A DNA stretch of 62,000 nt from Hyalangium minutum. GTDB lineage: Bacteria > Myxococcota > Myxococcia > Myxococcales > Myxococcaceae. The notes under the pieces are model-generated. The model saw only the letters and a program-made list of their open reading frames with translations. It searched no databases and had not been told where the DNA came from. Position 1 is the stretch's first letter. Every line of letters starts with the position of its first letter. Made by a program: the position numbers and the translations under genes. Below are positions 37,325-46,428 of the stretch, piece after piece. The stretch is taken from assembly GCF_000737315.1 (NCBI RefSeq), contig NZ_JMCB01000001.1, positions 20,001-82,000 of the forward strand, written 5' to 3'.

Positions 37325-38039
37325 GTGACTGCCTCCTTGCATCGTCGGAGGAAGCCGGGGCTTCCTCGTCGTCTAAAAGTTCCTTGAGCCGCTCGATGGC
37401 CCGCGCATGAAGCCGCGACGCCCAGCTCTTCGACTGCCCAATCTCCGCGCCCGCCTCTTCCAGCGTCTTCCCGTGGAAGTAGTACCCCTGCAGCAGCTGC
37501 CGCTCCTTCTCCGGGAGCTGATCGATCGCCGCCCTCACCCGCCGCTTCAGCTGCTCCATCTCCAGCCGCTGATCCGCCGGCAGAGACTCATCCACGTACC
37601 CCGACGCGTCCAGCCCTTCCAGGCTGGTGGCCAGCACCATGGCCAGCCCCGTCACCGCGTTGGAGATGTCATTCACATCATCGTCAAATGACCCTCCGCG
37701 GTTGCCTCCGCCCTGCTCGCGGTCCGACAAATTTCCAAGGTAAGCGGCCGCCCGTTCACCCACGAACGCGCCGCGCGCATCCGCGCCCTTCAACACCCCC
37801 ATTTTCCTCAGGCCGTCGAAAATGGCGCCCTTGATGCGGTAGTGGGCAAAGGTGAGGAAATTGGCTCCCACCTTGGGATCAAAGCGATCTGCCGCCTCGA
37901 GCAGACCGATCTGCCCGTAGGCCATCAACTCCTCGATCTCGAGCTGGGCGTTGAACTGCTTGCGGACAGTCGCTGCCAGCGACCGCACGTAAGGGCCGTA
38001 TTTCTCGAGGATCGCCTTCTTGTCGTCGCCGAAGCCCAA
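37206..38039 (-). CDS. FliA/WhiG-family (sigma-28) RNA polymerase sigma factor
   Basis: EELMAYGQIGLLEAADRFDP..F.TFA.YRI.GAIFDGLR; LPEKERQLL..YY...TLEE.G..IG.S.S..SRLH..AI..L. Probable TTG start at 38039; the ORF track begins at 38075. Confidence 0.9.
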   Translation of the reverse strand: MGFGDDKKAILEKYGPYVRSLAATVRKQFNAQLEIEELMAYGQIGLLEAADRFDPKVGANFLTFAHYRIKGAIFDGLRKMGVLKGADARGAFVGERAAAYLGNLSDREQGGGNRGGSFDDDVNDISNAVTGLAMVLATSLEGLDASGYVDESLPADQRLEMEQLKRRVRAAIDQLPEKERQLLQGYYFHGKTLEEAGAEIGQSKSWASRLHARAIERLKELLDDEEAPASSDDARRQSHGGSDSRHLGRTDRAAEAAGSGRAAGEQAGSLEVRRGSR

Positions 38040-38046
38040 ACGCCGC

Positions 38047-38448
38047 TCACTCGGCCTTCGACCACAGCCGCTCAAGAACCTGGTTGAGCCGGGGATCCTC
38101 TTGGAGCGCGTCCGCGATCTTGCTGGAGAGCGCGGAGGACTTCATCCGGAGCTTCTCCTTGAGGACCTCAGCGACGAGGTGCTTCGTGGCCTCCTCCTTG
38201 TTCTTGAAGCCGCCGTTCTTGAGCTGCTTGGCGATGGCCATGGCCTGGGAGGAGATGGGATCCGCCGCCCGGGCCTGCTCGACATTGGAAGAGCCCACCA
38301 GCCCGGAGGGCCCCACCAGGGACTCGGCCTTGTCGACCTTGCCCCCGAAACTCGAACCACCCGCGGGAGCCTTGCCGGACGCACCCCTCGCGCCACCCGC
38401 ACGGCCCTTACCACCCCCGCGTCCTACGCCACCGACTGACATCGCCAA
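38047..38448 (-). CDS. T3SS-cluster hypothetical protein
   Basis: Gly-rich N-terminus, helical C-terminus; GGAGG RBS. Confidence 0.7.
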   Translation of the reverse strand: MAMSVGGVGRGGGKGRAGGARGASGKAPAGGSSFGGKVDKAESLVGPSGLVGSSNVEQARAADPISSQAMAIAKQLKNGGFKNKEEATKHLVAEVLKEKLRMKSSALSSKIADALQEDPRLNQVLERLWSKAE

Positions 38449-38475
38449 GCCTCCTCAGCTCCAGCGCATTGTGCG

Positions 38476-38910
38476 CTACTTCTTCGGCGGAGGCAGCGCC
38501 CCCGCCTCTTTTGCATCGATGAGGGCACGCGCGAGCCGGGCGCCATCGCCCTCGGGCTCGAGATCCACCGCGGCCTTCAGTTCCTTCAGCGCTTCCGGGA
38601 CCTTGCCCATGAAGAGTAGCGCTTCGCCAGCGTGCGCGCGCGGCAGGGCGGAGTTCGGGGCCAGACGCTGGGCCGCCCGGTAGGCTTGCAGGGCCTTGTC
38701 GTGGCGCCCCTGGGCGAACTCCAGCGCGCCCAGCGCCAGCTGCGGCACCTCGCTCTTGGGCATCAAGGCCACGGCGCCGGTGAAGACGTCCTTCGCCTTG
38801 TCGTACTTGCCCATCTCCAGCCAGATGTAGCCGGCCTCGAGCAGGATCATCGCCTGCTGCTTGCCCACCGGGACGACGCTGCCAGCAATCTCCGACGCAG
38901 ACTCCGCCAT
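38476..38910 (-). CDS. TPR chaperone (SctG/YscG-position)
   Basis: Three TPR-like repeats; directly downstream of an SctF-like gene. Confidence 0.75.
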   Translation of the reverse strand: MAESASEIAGSVVPVGKQQAMILLEAGYIWLEMGKYDKAKDVFTGAVALMPKSEVPQLALGALEFAQGRHDKALQAYRAAQRLAPNSALPRAHAGEALLFMGKVPEALKELKAAVDLEPEGDGARLARALIDAKEAGALPPPKK

Positions 38911-38944
38911 GAAGCGTGCTCTCCTGTGCAAGGGCCCGGAAGGA

Positions 38945-38975
38945 AGAAGGGGGGCAGTACCGCAGCCCCCCTTCC
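38945..38975 (-). terminator. Intrinsic terminator after the 191-aa SctF-like gene
   Basis: GAAGGGGGGC-N9-GCCCCCCTTC followed by a pyrimidine run. Confidence 0.7.
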
Positions 38976-39008
38976 CACTCGGCGCCCGACCACCAACAGC
39001 TTAGCGGA

Positions 39009-39584
39009 TTAGCGGATGTTGCCGATCGCGTTCTTCGCCGTCTCGTGGCGGGACTTCAGCACGTTGGAGACGGCCTGGTACTTCTGGGACTCCTGCTGCA
39101 TGGCGGACTGGAGCTTCAGCAGGTTCTTCTGCTCCTGGAACATGCCGGCCAGCTCACCGTTGAACTCGGAGCCCGGCGTGCCCGTGTTGCCCGCCAGGTA
39201 GTTCGGGCCGCCCGCGGTGCCGCCGCCGCCCACGCCCGGGATGCCGACGCTGCCGCCGGAGCCCACGGTGGTGTTCACGGAGGGAACGCCCACCGAGCCC
39301 GCGCCCGTGCTGCCCGAGCCCGCGCCCGGCAGAACCGACGTGTACGGAGTGGACGCGCCGCCAGTGGCGCCCGACGCGGTAAGCGTCGTCATCGACGAGA
39401 CCGCCGCCGAGACGATGCCGCCACCGGAGAACATCCCCGTGGCCAGACCCACGCCGCCGGCGACCGCGCCCGCCGCGTTGTTCACGCCCGCCTGAACGCG
39501 AGCACCGAAGCTCGTGTCCGGGGTCTGCCGACCCACCGACAGGTTGGTAGACATCCGAGGACCCATCAATCCATCGACCTTCAT
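39009..39584 (-). CDS. Long SctF-family-like protein (Gly-rich N-terminus, needle-type C-terminal helix)
   Basis: QKNLLKLQSAMQQESQKYQAVSNVLKSRHETAKNAIGNIR. Confidence 0.65.
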   Translation of the reverse strand: MKVDGLMGPRMSTNLSVGRQTPDTSFGARVQAGVNNAAGAVAGGVGLATGMFSGGGIVSAAVSSMTTLTASGATGGASTPYTSVLPGAGSGSTGAGSVGVPSVNTTVGSGGSVGIPGVGGGGTAGGPNYLAGNTGTPGSEFNGELAGMFQEQKNLLKLQSAMQQESQKYQAVSNVLKSRHETAKNAIGNIR

Positions 39585-39652
39585 TTTTTCCTCCAGCGTT
39601 CGGACAACTTCGAAAGGTTCAGAGCCCCGGCCAGCCCGGCGCTCTCATTGTA

Positions 39653-39681
39653 ATTATCGCTGATCACGCGCCTGGGTTGCC
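39653..39681 (-). promoter_or_regulatory. Sigma-28-type promoter
   Basis: GGCAAC-N15-GCGATAAT. Confidence 0.7.
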
Positions 39682-39750
39682 TCGGGTCCGGAAAATCCCG
39701 GCGCAACGCAAATGTTTCCAGCAATTCCAGGCACTTGCGCAGCGGGGTAG

Positions 39751-40029
39751 CTACTTGCGGCCCTTGCCGCCCTTGTTCTCCGCGATCAGATGTTCGCGCG
39801 TTTCGAGAAGAATGCCCAGTAGCTCTTCGGCGCTTGACAACGCGGCCTGGATCTTCTTGCCCTGCTCAGCCTTGGGACCCTTGAGGGTGTCGAGGCCCTC
39901 CTTGATGGGGTTGAAGAGCGACTGGACCTCTTCCGCGGTGGCGCCCTCGATGAAGGACTCGATCGCCGGATAGGACGGAGTGGGAAGAGGCTCAGCTTCA
40001 GGGGCTTGCTGCTGCTTGGGAGGAGGCAT
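39751..40029 (-). CDS. Small helical protein (SctE/YscE-chaperone position)
   Basis: 92 aa, amphipathic helices, AGGAGA RBS; first gene of the minus-strand cluster. Confidence 0.65.
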   Translation of the reverse strand: MPPPKQQQAPEAEPLPTPSYPAIESFIEGATAEEVQSLFNPIKEGLDTLKGPKAEQGKKIQAALSSAEELLGILLETREHLIAENKGGKGRK

Positions 40030-40297
40030 TGTAGGAAGGGTCTCCTGTCAGGGCGCCGTCCGGGCGGCCGACTCAAAAGCGGATGTACGGACGGTAGGAG
40101 AAAACTCCCTCTCTGTTCAAGACGGGCGTCGTACCACCGAGAGCAATGTGGACAGAAAGCCACGGCCGCAGAGCAAGCATGCACGCGGCATTGCCTCGGA
40201 GGGCCTGTCCGCGCCTCCCAGCGCACCTACGTTTTTCCTAGCGGGGGATGCGCACCGCCCTTCCGCACTCACCACATCCAGATGGGGGATGACTTCC

Positions 40298-40939
40298 ATG
40301 AAGAAGCTGACGGGACTTTTCGCGGCCGTGGCACTGATGAGCCCGGGCATGGCGCTCGCGAACGAGGGGAAGAAGCACGACCAGCAGCAGACGCAGAACC
40401 AGAGCAACACGGGCGGGTCTGGCGTCCAGACAACCACCGGTAGCAGCCCCGAGAGCTCGCTCGGTACGGGCAACCAGATGGGCCAGAGCGGAACGACGAA
40501 CCCGCTGAGCGGCAACCAGATCACGGGCCGCGTCGTGAAGAGCGACAAGAAGATGATCTGGGTCGAGCACGCGGGCGCCATCGTCCCGCTGAAGGTCGAC
40601 AAGAACACGCAGTTCACGGATCCGAGCCTGAAGCGGGCCTCGGACTTCAAGGAGGGCGATGAGATCCGCGCCTCCTTCGAAGTGCGCAAGACGGACAACG
40701 TGGCCACCAGCATCCAGAAGAACACCGACGTGGGCCAGGGCGGCAGCGGCTCGGACGTGATGATGCCGGACAAGGGCATCAACCAGCCGTCGGACACCCT
40801 GCCTCCTTCCAGCGTGCCGCCCATGAATGAGGGACTGGGCGGCAGCGGCGACCTGGGCCCTGACATCACCCACCAGGGCTCGGACCTCGGCACTGGCTCG
40901 GACGTGAACCAGGGCAACAAGACCAGCGGCGACTTCTAG
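40298..40939 (+). CDS. Secreted low-complexity protein with small OB-like core
   Basis: Signal peptide MKKL..ALA; ITGRVVK..L.V...T.F..L..GDEIRASF. Confidence 0.75.
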   Translation: MKKLTGLFAAVALMSPGMALANEGKKHDQQQTQNQSNTGGSGVQTTTGSSPESSLGTGNQMGQSGTTNPLSGNQITGRVVKSDKKMIWVEHAGAIVPLKVDKNTQFTDPSLKRASDFKEGDEIRASFEVRKTDNVATSIQKNTDVGQGGSGSDVMMPDKGINQPSDTLPPSSVPPMNEGLGGSGDLGPDITHQGSDLGTGSDVNQGNKTSGDF

Positions 40940-41332
40940 CAGCGCCCTGCTCCTGAGAGCGCTCCGCTGCTCTGCAGGAGTGCTGCTGACCACCTGCTGG
41001 GCCCGAGGCCCGCGATCCACCGCTCGGATCGTGGGCCTCGATCTTTGTAACAAGGCCGTAACGGCTTGCCCTCCGCTCGCTCTTCTCCCACCCCCATTCC
41101 ACATTGACGGCGTTGTCGTGAGGCAGCTAGATGCCGCCCCGTCGGGTGGTGCCGCGTCCTTGCGTCGCACCACTATCCAGGGGGTCGCCATGACGGCGGG
41201 TGGGAATTGCCACCTCGAGAGCCGCTTTAGCGAATGTGTCCGCCACACGAGCGGAGCCGTCCGCAAGCCATCATCCGCCCCGCCCCGCCTGGTCCCCCTG
41301 CCCGTCAGCGAGTTGTGAAAGGACCCCTCTCC

Positions 41333-42070
41333 ATGTCCGCAGCGCCCATTGTCGACATCAACGAAGTCACCAAGGACTACCGCCTCGGCAAGGTGGTGGT
41401 GCCCGCCCTCCGAGGCGTCTCGCTCCAGGTTCACCCCGGAGAGTTCATCTCCATCGCGGGCCCGTCGGGCAGCGGGAAGACGACGATGCTGAACCTCATT
41501 GGCTGCGTGGACACTGCCACCGCAGGCGTGGTGAAGGTGGCCGGCCAGGACACGAAGCAGCTCACCGAGCGAGCGCTCACGGACCTGCGGCTGCACACCA
41601 TCGGGTTCATCTTCCAGAGCTTCAACCTGGTGTCGGTGCTCAGCGTCTTCCAGAACGTGGAATTCCCCCTGCTGCTCCAGAAGAAGCTCAACGCCCAGCA
41701 GCGGCGTGAGCGGGTCACGCAATTGCTGGAGCAGGTGGGCCTCGCCGGCCACGCGAAGCACCGCCCCAACGAGCTGTCCGGCGGACAGCGCCAGCGCGTC
41801 GCGGTCGCCCGCGCCCTGGTGACTCAGCCGCAGATCGTCCTGGCGGACGAGCCGACGGCGAACCTGGACTCCGTCACCGGCCAGCAGATCATCGACCTGA
41901 TGAAGGCGATGAACCGCGAGCGCGGCACCACCTTCATCTTCTCCACGCACGACGCCAAGGTGATGACCCACGCCAACGCCGTGGTGCGTCTGAAGGACGG
42001 GATGATCCTCGACCGCGTCACTCCCGCCGAGGCGGGCATGGCCCTGGCGGCCGGTGCGGAGGGGCACTGA
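41333..42070 (+). CDS. ABC transporter ATP-binding protein (LolD/MacB type)
   Basis: GPSGSGKT, LSGGQRQR, LADEPTANLD. Confidence 0.95.
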   Translation: MSAAPIVDINEVTKDYRLGKVVVPALRGVSLQVHPGEFISIAGPSGSGKTTMLNLIGCVDTATAGVVKVAGQDTKQLTERALTDLRLHTIGFIFQSFNLVSVLSVFQNVEFPLLLQKKLNAQQRRERVTQLLEQVGLAGHAKHRPNELSGGQRQRVAVARALVTQPQIVLADEPTANLDSVTGQQIIDLMKAMNRERGTTFIFSTHDAKVMTHANAVVRLKDGMILDRVTPAEAGMALAAGAEGH

Positions 42071-44178
42071 TGGGCACGCTCAAGCTGCTCTTGCAGGTGG
42101 CCTTCCGCAACCTGTTCAAGAGCTGGGTCAACGTCATCATCGGCGGCATCATCTTCTTCGCCACCTTCCTGGTGGTGACGGGCGGCGCGCTCCTAGACAG
42201 CGTGGACTCGTCCATGAGCCGGTCGATCATCGGCTCCATCGCGGGCCACATCCAGGTGTACTCGGAGAAGTCCAAGGAAGAGCTGGCGCTGTTCGTCACC
42301 ATGGGTGGCGAGGCGGACGTCGCGGCCATGGACAGCTTCAGCCCCATCAAGGCGGCGCTGGAGAAGCACCCCAACGTGAAGACAGTGGTGCCCATGGGCG
42401 CCAATGGCGCGCTCATTACCTCCGGCAACACGGTGGACCTGACGCTGGCGCGCCTGCGCGGGCTGTACCGGAAGAACGCCGAGGAGGGCGACACGCCCGA
42501 GCGGCGCGCCCAGATCGACAGCCTCAAGGCGCATGTGCGTCACCTGGCCGAGCTGCTCGAGGCCGAGAAGGCCACGCGCACCAAGCTGGTCCGGGAAGAG
42601 ACCCTGGATCCCGCAGAGGTGGCGGCGCTGGCCAAGGCACGCTCGGAGGAGTTCTGGGCGGGCTTCGACAAGGACCCGTTCGGCTCGCTGGAGTTCCTGG
42701 AGAACCAGCTGGCGCCCCAGGTGGCCGATGGAGACCTGCTCTACATCCGCTATGTGGGCACGGACCTGGATGCGTTCCAGAAGAGCTTCGACCGCATGCA
42801 GATCATCGACGGCACGGCGGTGCCCCAGGGCAAGCGCGGCATGCTGCTGTCCAAGTACTTCTATGAGGAGTTTCTCAAGCTGAAGTCCGCGCGCCGGATG
42901 GACCTCATCAAGGAGGCGCTCGAGACGAAGCAGAAGACGATCGCCTCGGACCCGCTGCTTCAGCGCTACGTGAAGGAGAACTCCACGCAGCCGCGCGAGA
43001 TCGTCTACCAGCTGGATCCCATGAAGTCGCAGCAGGCCGTGTCGCGGCTCCAGGACATCTTGCAGAGCAAGGAGACGGATCTGTCCAAGCTGGTGAGCCA
43101 GTTCCTCACGGTGACCGACGAGAACTTCGACACCCGCTACAAGCAGTACTACGAGCAACTGGTGCCGCTGTTGGACCTGTACCGCCTGAAGATGGGGGAC
43201 ACGATCACCATCACCGCGTTCAGCCGCACCGGCTACGTGCAGAGCGTGAACGTGCCCATCTACGGCACCTACCAGTTCAGCGGCCTGGAGAAGTCCCCGC
43301 TGGCGGGCTCCGCGAACCTGATGGACCTGGTGTCCTTCCGCGAGCTGTACGGCTACCTCACCGAGGAGAAGAAGGAGGAGATCGCCCTGCTCAAGCAGAA
43401 GAGCGGCGCGGCCGAGGTGAAGCGCGAGAACGCCGAGGAGGCCCTCTTCGGCGAGGCGGCTCCCTCCACCCTGGTGGCGGACGCCACGCCCGGCTTGATC
43501 AACGAGAACGAGCAGATCACCTCCACCGGCGCCGCCCTGCGCAACGAGGACCTGCTCAAGCGCGTCTACTCCCAGAAGGAGATCGAAGAGGGCATGGTGC
43601 TGAGCTCCGCCATCATCCTCAAGGATCCGGAGAAGCTGGAGACCACCCTGTCCGAGCTCGGGAAGTCCCAGGAGCTGAAGGACCTGAAGCTGCGCGTGGT
43701 GAGCTGGCAGAAGGCCGCGGGCCTCATTGGCCAGTTCGTGCTGATGATGCGCATGGTGCTGTGGGGCATCATCGTCATCCTCTTCGTGGTGATCCTGGCC
43801 ATCATCAACAACGCGGTGATGATGGCCACCCTCCAGCGCGTGAGGGAGGTGGGCACCATGCGAGCCATCGGCGCGCAGCGCTCCTTCATCCTGGCCATGG
43901 TGATGCTGGAGACGGTGGTGCTGGGCGCGGTGTTTGGCGGCCTGGGAGCTGGGGCTGGCAGCGCGCTCATCCGCTGGCTTGGCAAGGTCGGCATCCCCGC
44001 GGGCACCGAGGAGCTCTACTTCTTCTTCAGCGGCCCCCGGCTGCTGCCCACCCTGAGCGCCTCGAACATCGTTGTCGCCTTCATCCTCGTGGTGGGCGTC
44101 TCCCTGTTCTCCACCTTCTACCCCGCCTTTATGGCCACGCGCGTGTCGCCCGTCACGGCGATGCAGACGGACGAGTGA
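42070..44178 (+). CDS. ABC permease (FtsX/LolE-like) with large periplasmic domain
   Basis: AFRNL N-terminus; QRVREVGTMRAIGA; 4-TM topology. Confidence 0.9.
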   Translation: MGTLKLLLQVAFRNLFKSWVNVIIGGIIFFATFLVVTGGALLDSVDSSMSRSIIGSIAGHIQVYSEKSKEELALFVTMGGEADVAAMDSFSPIKAALEKHPNVKTVVPMGANGALITSGNTVDLTLARLRGLYRKNAEEGDTPERRAQIDSLKAHVRHLAELLEAEKATRTKLVREETLDPAEVAALAKARSEEFWAGFDKDPFGSLEFLENQLAPQVADGDLLYIRYVGTDLDAFQKSFDRMQIIDGTAVPQGKRGMLLSKYFYEEFLKLKSARRMDLIKEALETKQKTIASDPLLQRYVKENSTQPREIVYQLDPMKSQQAVSRLQDILQSKETDLSKLVSQFLTVTDENFDTRYKQYYEQLVPLLDLYRLKMGDTITITAFSRTGYVQSVNVPIYGTYQFSGLEKSPLAGSANLMDLVSFRELYGYLTEEKKEEIALLKQKSGAAEVKRENAEEALFGEAAPSTLVADATPGLINENEQITSTGAALRNEDLLKRVYSQKEIEEGMVLSSAIILKDPEKLETTLSELGKSQELKDLKLRVVSWQKAAGLIGQFVLMMRMVLWGIIVILFVVILAIINNAVMMATLQRVREVGTMRAIGAQRSFILAMVMLETVVLGAVFGGLGAGAGSALIRWLGKVGIPAGTEELYFFFSGPRLLPTLSASNIVVAFILVVGVSLFSTFYPAFMATRVSPVTAMQTDE

Positions 44179-44182
44179 AGCC

Positions 44183-45643
44183 ATGTCCCAACGCCCCTTC
44201 CATGTGAGGCTGATCCAGGCCCTCGAAGACCCCTCGGGCCTGAACTGGCTCCAGCGCATGGCCCTGCAGCCCGTCCGCGCCGTCTACGCGCTCTACAACC
44301 TGGGCTACTTTTTCTATTACCTGCTGACCCACCCTGCGGAGGTCGCCATGCTGTGCCGGGTGGCCGTCCGCAACCTGCGGGCCCACCAGCGGCGCACCCT
44401 CCTGCTCGGAGGCGCCATTGGCGGCGTCACCGCAGTGCTCGTCATCCTGATGGGCGTCACCAACGGGATGAAGTCCACCATGCTGGAGTCGGCCACCACG
44501 CTCATGAGCGGGCACGTGAACGTGGGCGGCTTCTACAAAGTCACCGCGGGCCAGTCCGCGCCCGTGGTCACCGAGTACCCGAAGCTCGTCGCGAAGATCC
44601 GCCAGGACGTACCCGAGCTGGACTACATCTCCCAGCGCGGCCGCGGCTGGGCCAAGCTCGTCTCCGACACCGGCTCCATGCAGGTGGGCGTAGGCGGCAT
44701 GGACGTCGAGGCCGAGCCGGGCTTCCGCAAGGTCGTCCAGCTTCGCAAGGGAAATCTGGATGACCTGAAGCAGCCGGGCACCATCCTCATCTTCGAGGAG
44801 CAGGCCAAGAAGCTGGAAGTGACGGTGGGCGACACGCTGACGCTGTCGGCCCCCACCATGCGCGGCATCAACAACACGCAGGACGTGCGCGTGGTGGCCA
44901 TCGCCGCCAACATCGGGATGATGAGCGCGTGGAACACCTTCGTGCCCAGCAAGAGCCTGAGGGACTTGTACCAGCTCAAGGACGACACCACCGGCGCCAT
45001 CTACCTGTACCTCAAGGACATGAAGGACATCCCCGCGGTGCAGCAGCGGCTGCGCACCCAGCTGGCCGAGTCAGGCTACACGCTCATGGACAACGACCCA
45101 CGCGCCTTCTGGATGAAGTTCGACGTGGTCAACCGCGAGGGCTGGACGGGCCAGAAGCTGGACATCACCAACTGGGAGGACGAGATCTCCTTCGTGCAGT
45201 GGGTGGTGCAGGCCTTGGGCGCCATCACCGGCGGGCTCACCTTCGTGCTGCTGGTGGTCATCGCCGCTGGCATCACGAACACGCTGTGGATCGCCATCCG
45301 CGAGCGCACCCGGGAGATTGGCACGCTGCGCGCCATTGGCATGAAGCGCGAGAGCGTGCAGACGATGTTCCTGGCGGAGGCGCTGATCCTCAGCCTCGTG
45401 GCGACCCTCACGGGCGCGCTGGTGGCCGCGGGGCTCTGCTTCCTCGTCAACGCCCAGCACATCCGCGCCCCTGAGGTCGTCCAGGTGATGCTGCTGACGG
45501 AGCACTGGTTCTTGAAGATCGAGCCCGGCTCCGTGGTGTTCGCGGTGGCGCTCATCACTGGGGCCTCCATGTTCGTGAGTCTGATTCCCTCGTTCCTCGC
45601 CGCGCGGATGAAGCCCGTGACGGCCATGCACCACATCGGGTGA
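44183..45643 (+). CDS. ABC permease (FtsX/LolE-like)
   Basis: AVRNL..H.RRT; ERTREIGTLRAIGM. Confidence 0.9.
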   Translation: MSQRPFHVRLIQALEDPSGLNWLQRMALQPVRAVYALYNLGYFFYYLLTHPAEVAMLCRVAVRNLRAHQRRTLLLGGAIGGVTAVLVILMGVTNGMKSTMLESATTLMSGHVNVGGFYKVTAGQSAPVVTEYPKLVAKIRQDVPELDYISQRGRGWAKLVSDTGSMQVGVGGMDVEAEPGFRKVVQLRKGNLDDLKQPGTILIFEEQAKKLEVTVGDTLTLSAPTMRGINNTQDVRVVAIAANIGMMSAWNTFVPSKSLRDLYQLKDDTTGAIYLYLKDMKDIPAVQQRLRTQLAESGYTLMDNDPRAFWMKFDVVNREGWTGQKLDITNWEDEISFVQWVVQALGAITGGLTFVLLVVIAAGITNTLWIAIRERTREIGTLRAIGMKRESVQTMFLAEALILSLVATLTGALVAAGLCFLVNAQHIRAPEVVQVMLLTEHWFLKIEPGSVVFAVALITGASMFVSLIPSFLAARMKPVTAMHHIG

Positions 45644-45648
45644 TTGCC

Positions 45649-46428
45649 ATGACGCCTCGAAACCTGCTGTCCGCCGCGCTCGCCGCGGTGCTGCTCGCGG
45701 CCCCTGCCGCCTTCGCGCTGGACGCGGCCGAGCTGAAGAAGACGCTGGAGGTCATCGACGACCGGCAGCGCAACAGCGGCGACTACAAGTCGCTGGTGTA
45801 CCTGGAGCAGAAGGAGAAGGACAAAGCGGACACCGTGCGCGAGGCGCTCGTCTACCGGCGCGACGCGGACGACAAGCTGATGATCCTCTTCACCAAGCCC
45901 AAGGGCGAGGCCGGCAAGGGCTACCTGCGCCTGGACAAGAACCTGTGGATCTACGATCCCAACGTGGGCAAGTGGGAGCGCCGCACCGAGCGCGAGCGCA
46001 TCGCCGGCACCGACAGCCGCCGCGCCGACTTCGACGAGTCCCGCCTCGCCGAGGAGTATGACGCGACGTACGAGGGCGAAGAGGCGCTGGGCAAGTTCCA
46101 GGTGCACAAGATGTCGCTCAAGGCCCGGCCCACCATCGACGTGGCCTACCCCGTCATCAAGCTGTGGGTGGACAAAGAGACCACCAACGTCCTGAAGCGC
46201 CAGGAGTTCGCCCTGTCCGGCCGGCTGATGCGCACGCTCTACTATCCGAAGTGGCAGAAGCTCTTCAGCGAGTCCAAGGGCGCCGACGTCTGGTACCCCC
46301 AGGAGATCCGCATCTACGACGAGGTGGAGAAGGCCAACTCCACCGTCATCCTCATCAAGAGCGTGGACCTGCGGTCGCTGGAGGCCAACATCTTCACCAA
46401 GGCGTGGCTCGAGAGTAAGAGCCGATGA
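45649..46428 (+). CDS. Outer-membrane lipoprotein-sorting (LolA-like) protein
   Basis: Signal peptide; F..P....G..YL....NLW.Y.P; GTD....D motifs. Confidence 0.8.
   Translation: MTPRNLLSAALAAVLLAAPAAFALDAAELKKTLEVIDDRQRNSGDYKSLVYLEQKEKDKADTVREALVYRRDADDKLMILFTKPKGEAGKGYLRLDKNLWIYDPNVGKWERRTERERIAGTDSRRADFDESRLAEEYDATYEGEEALGKFQVHKMSLKARPTIDVAYPVIKLWVDKETTNVLKRQEFALSGRLMRTLYYPKWQKLFSESKGADVWYPQEIRIYDEVEKANSTVILIKSVDLRSLEANIFTKAWLESKSR

Noticed and set aside
28413-38039. Calling the cluster flagellar
   Set aside because: SctJ lipoprotein, SctI rod, SycD chaperones and SctF-like genes are present, while FliF, flagellin, hook and Mot genes are absent. It is a non-flagellar T3SS with flagellar relics.
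40940-41332. Riboswitch or ncRNA upstream of the ABC operon
   Set aside because: Long GC-rich leader, but no cobalamin, TPP, SAM or c-di-GMP consensus is visible.
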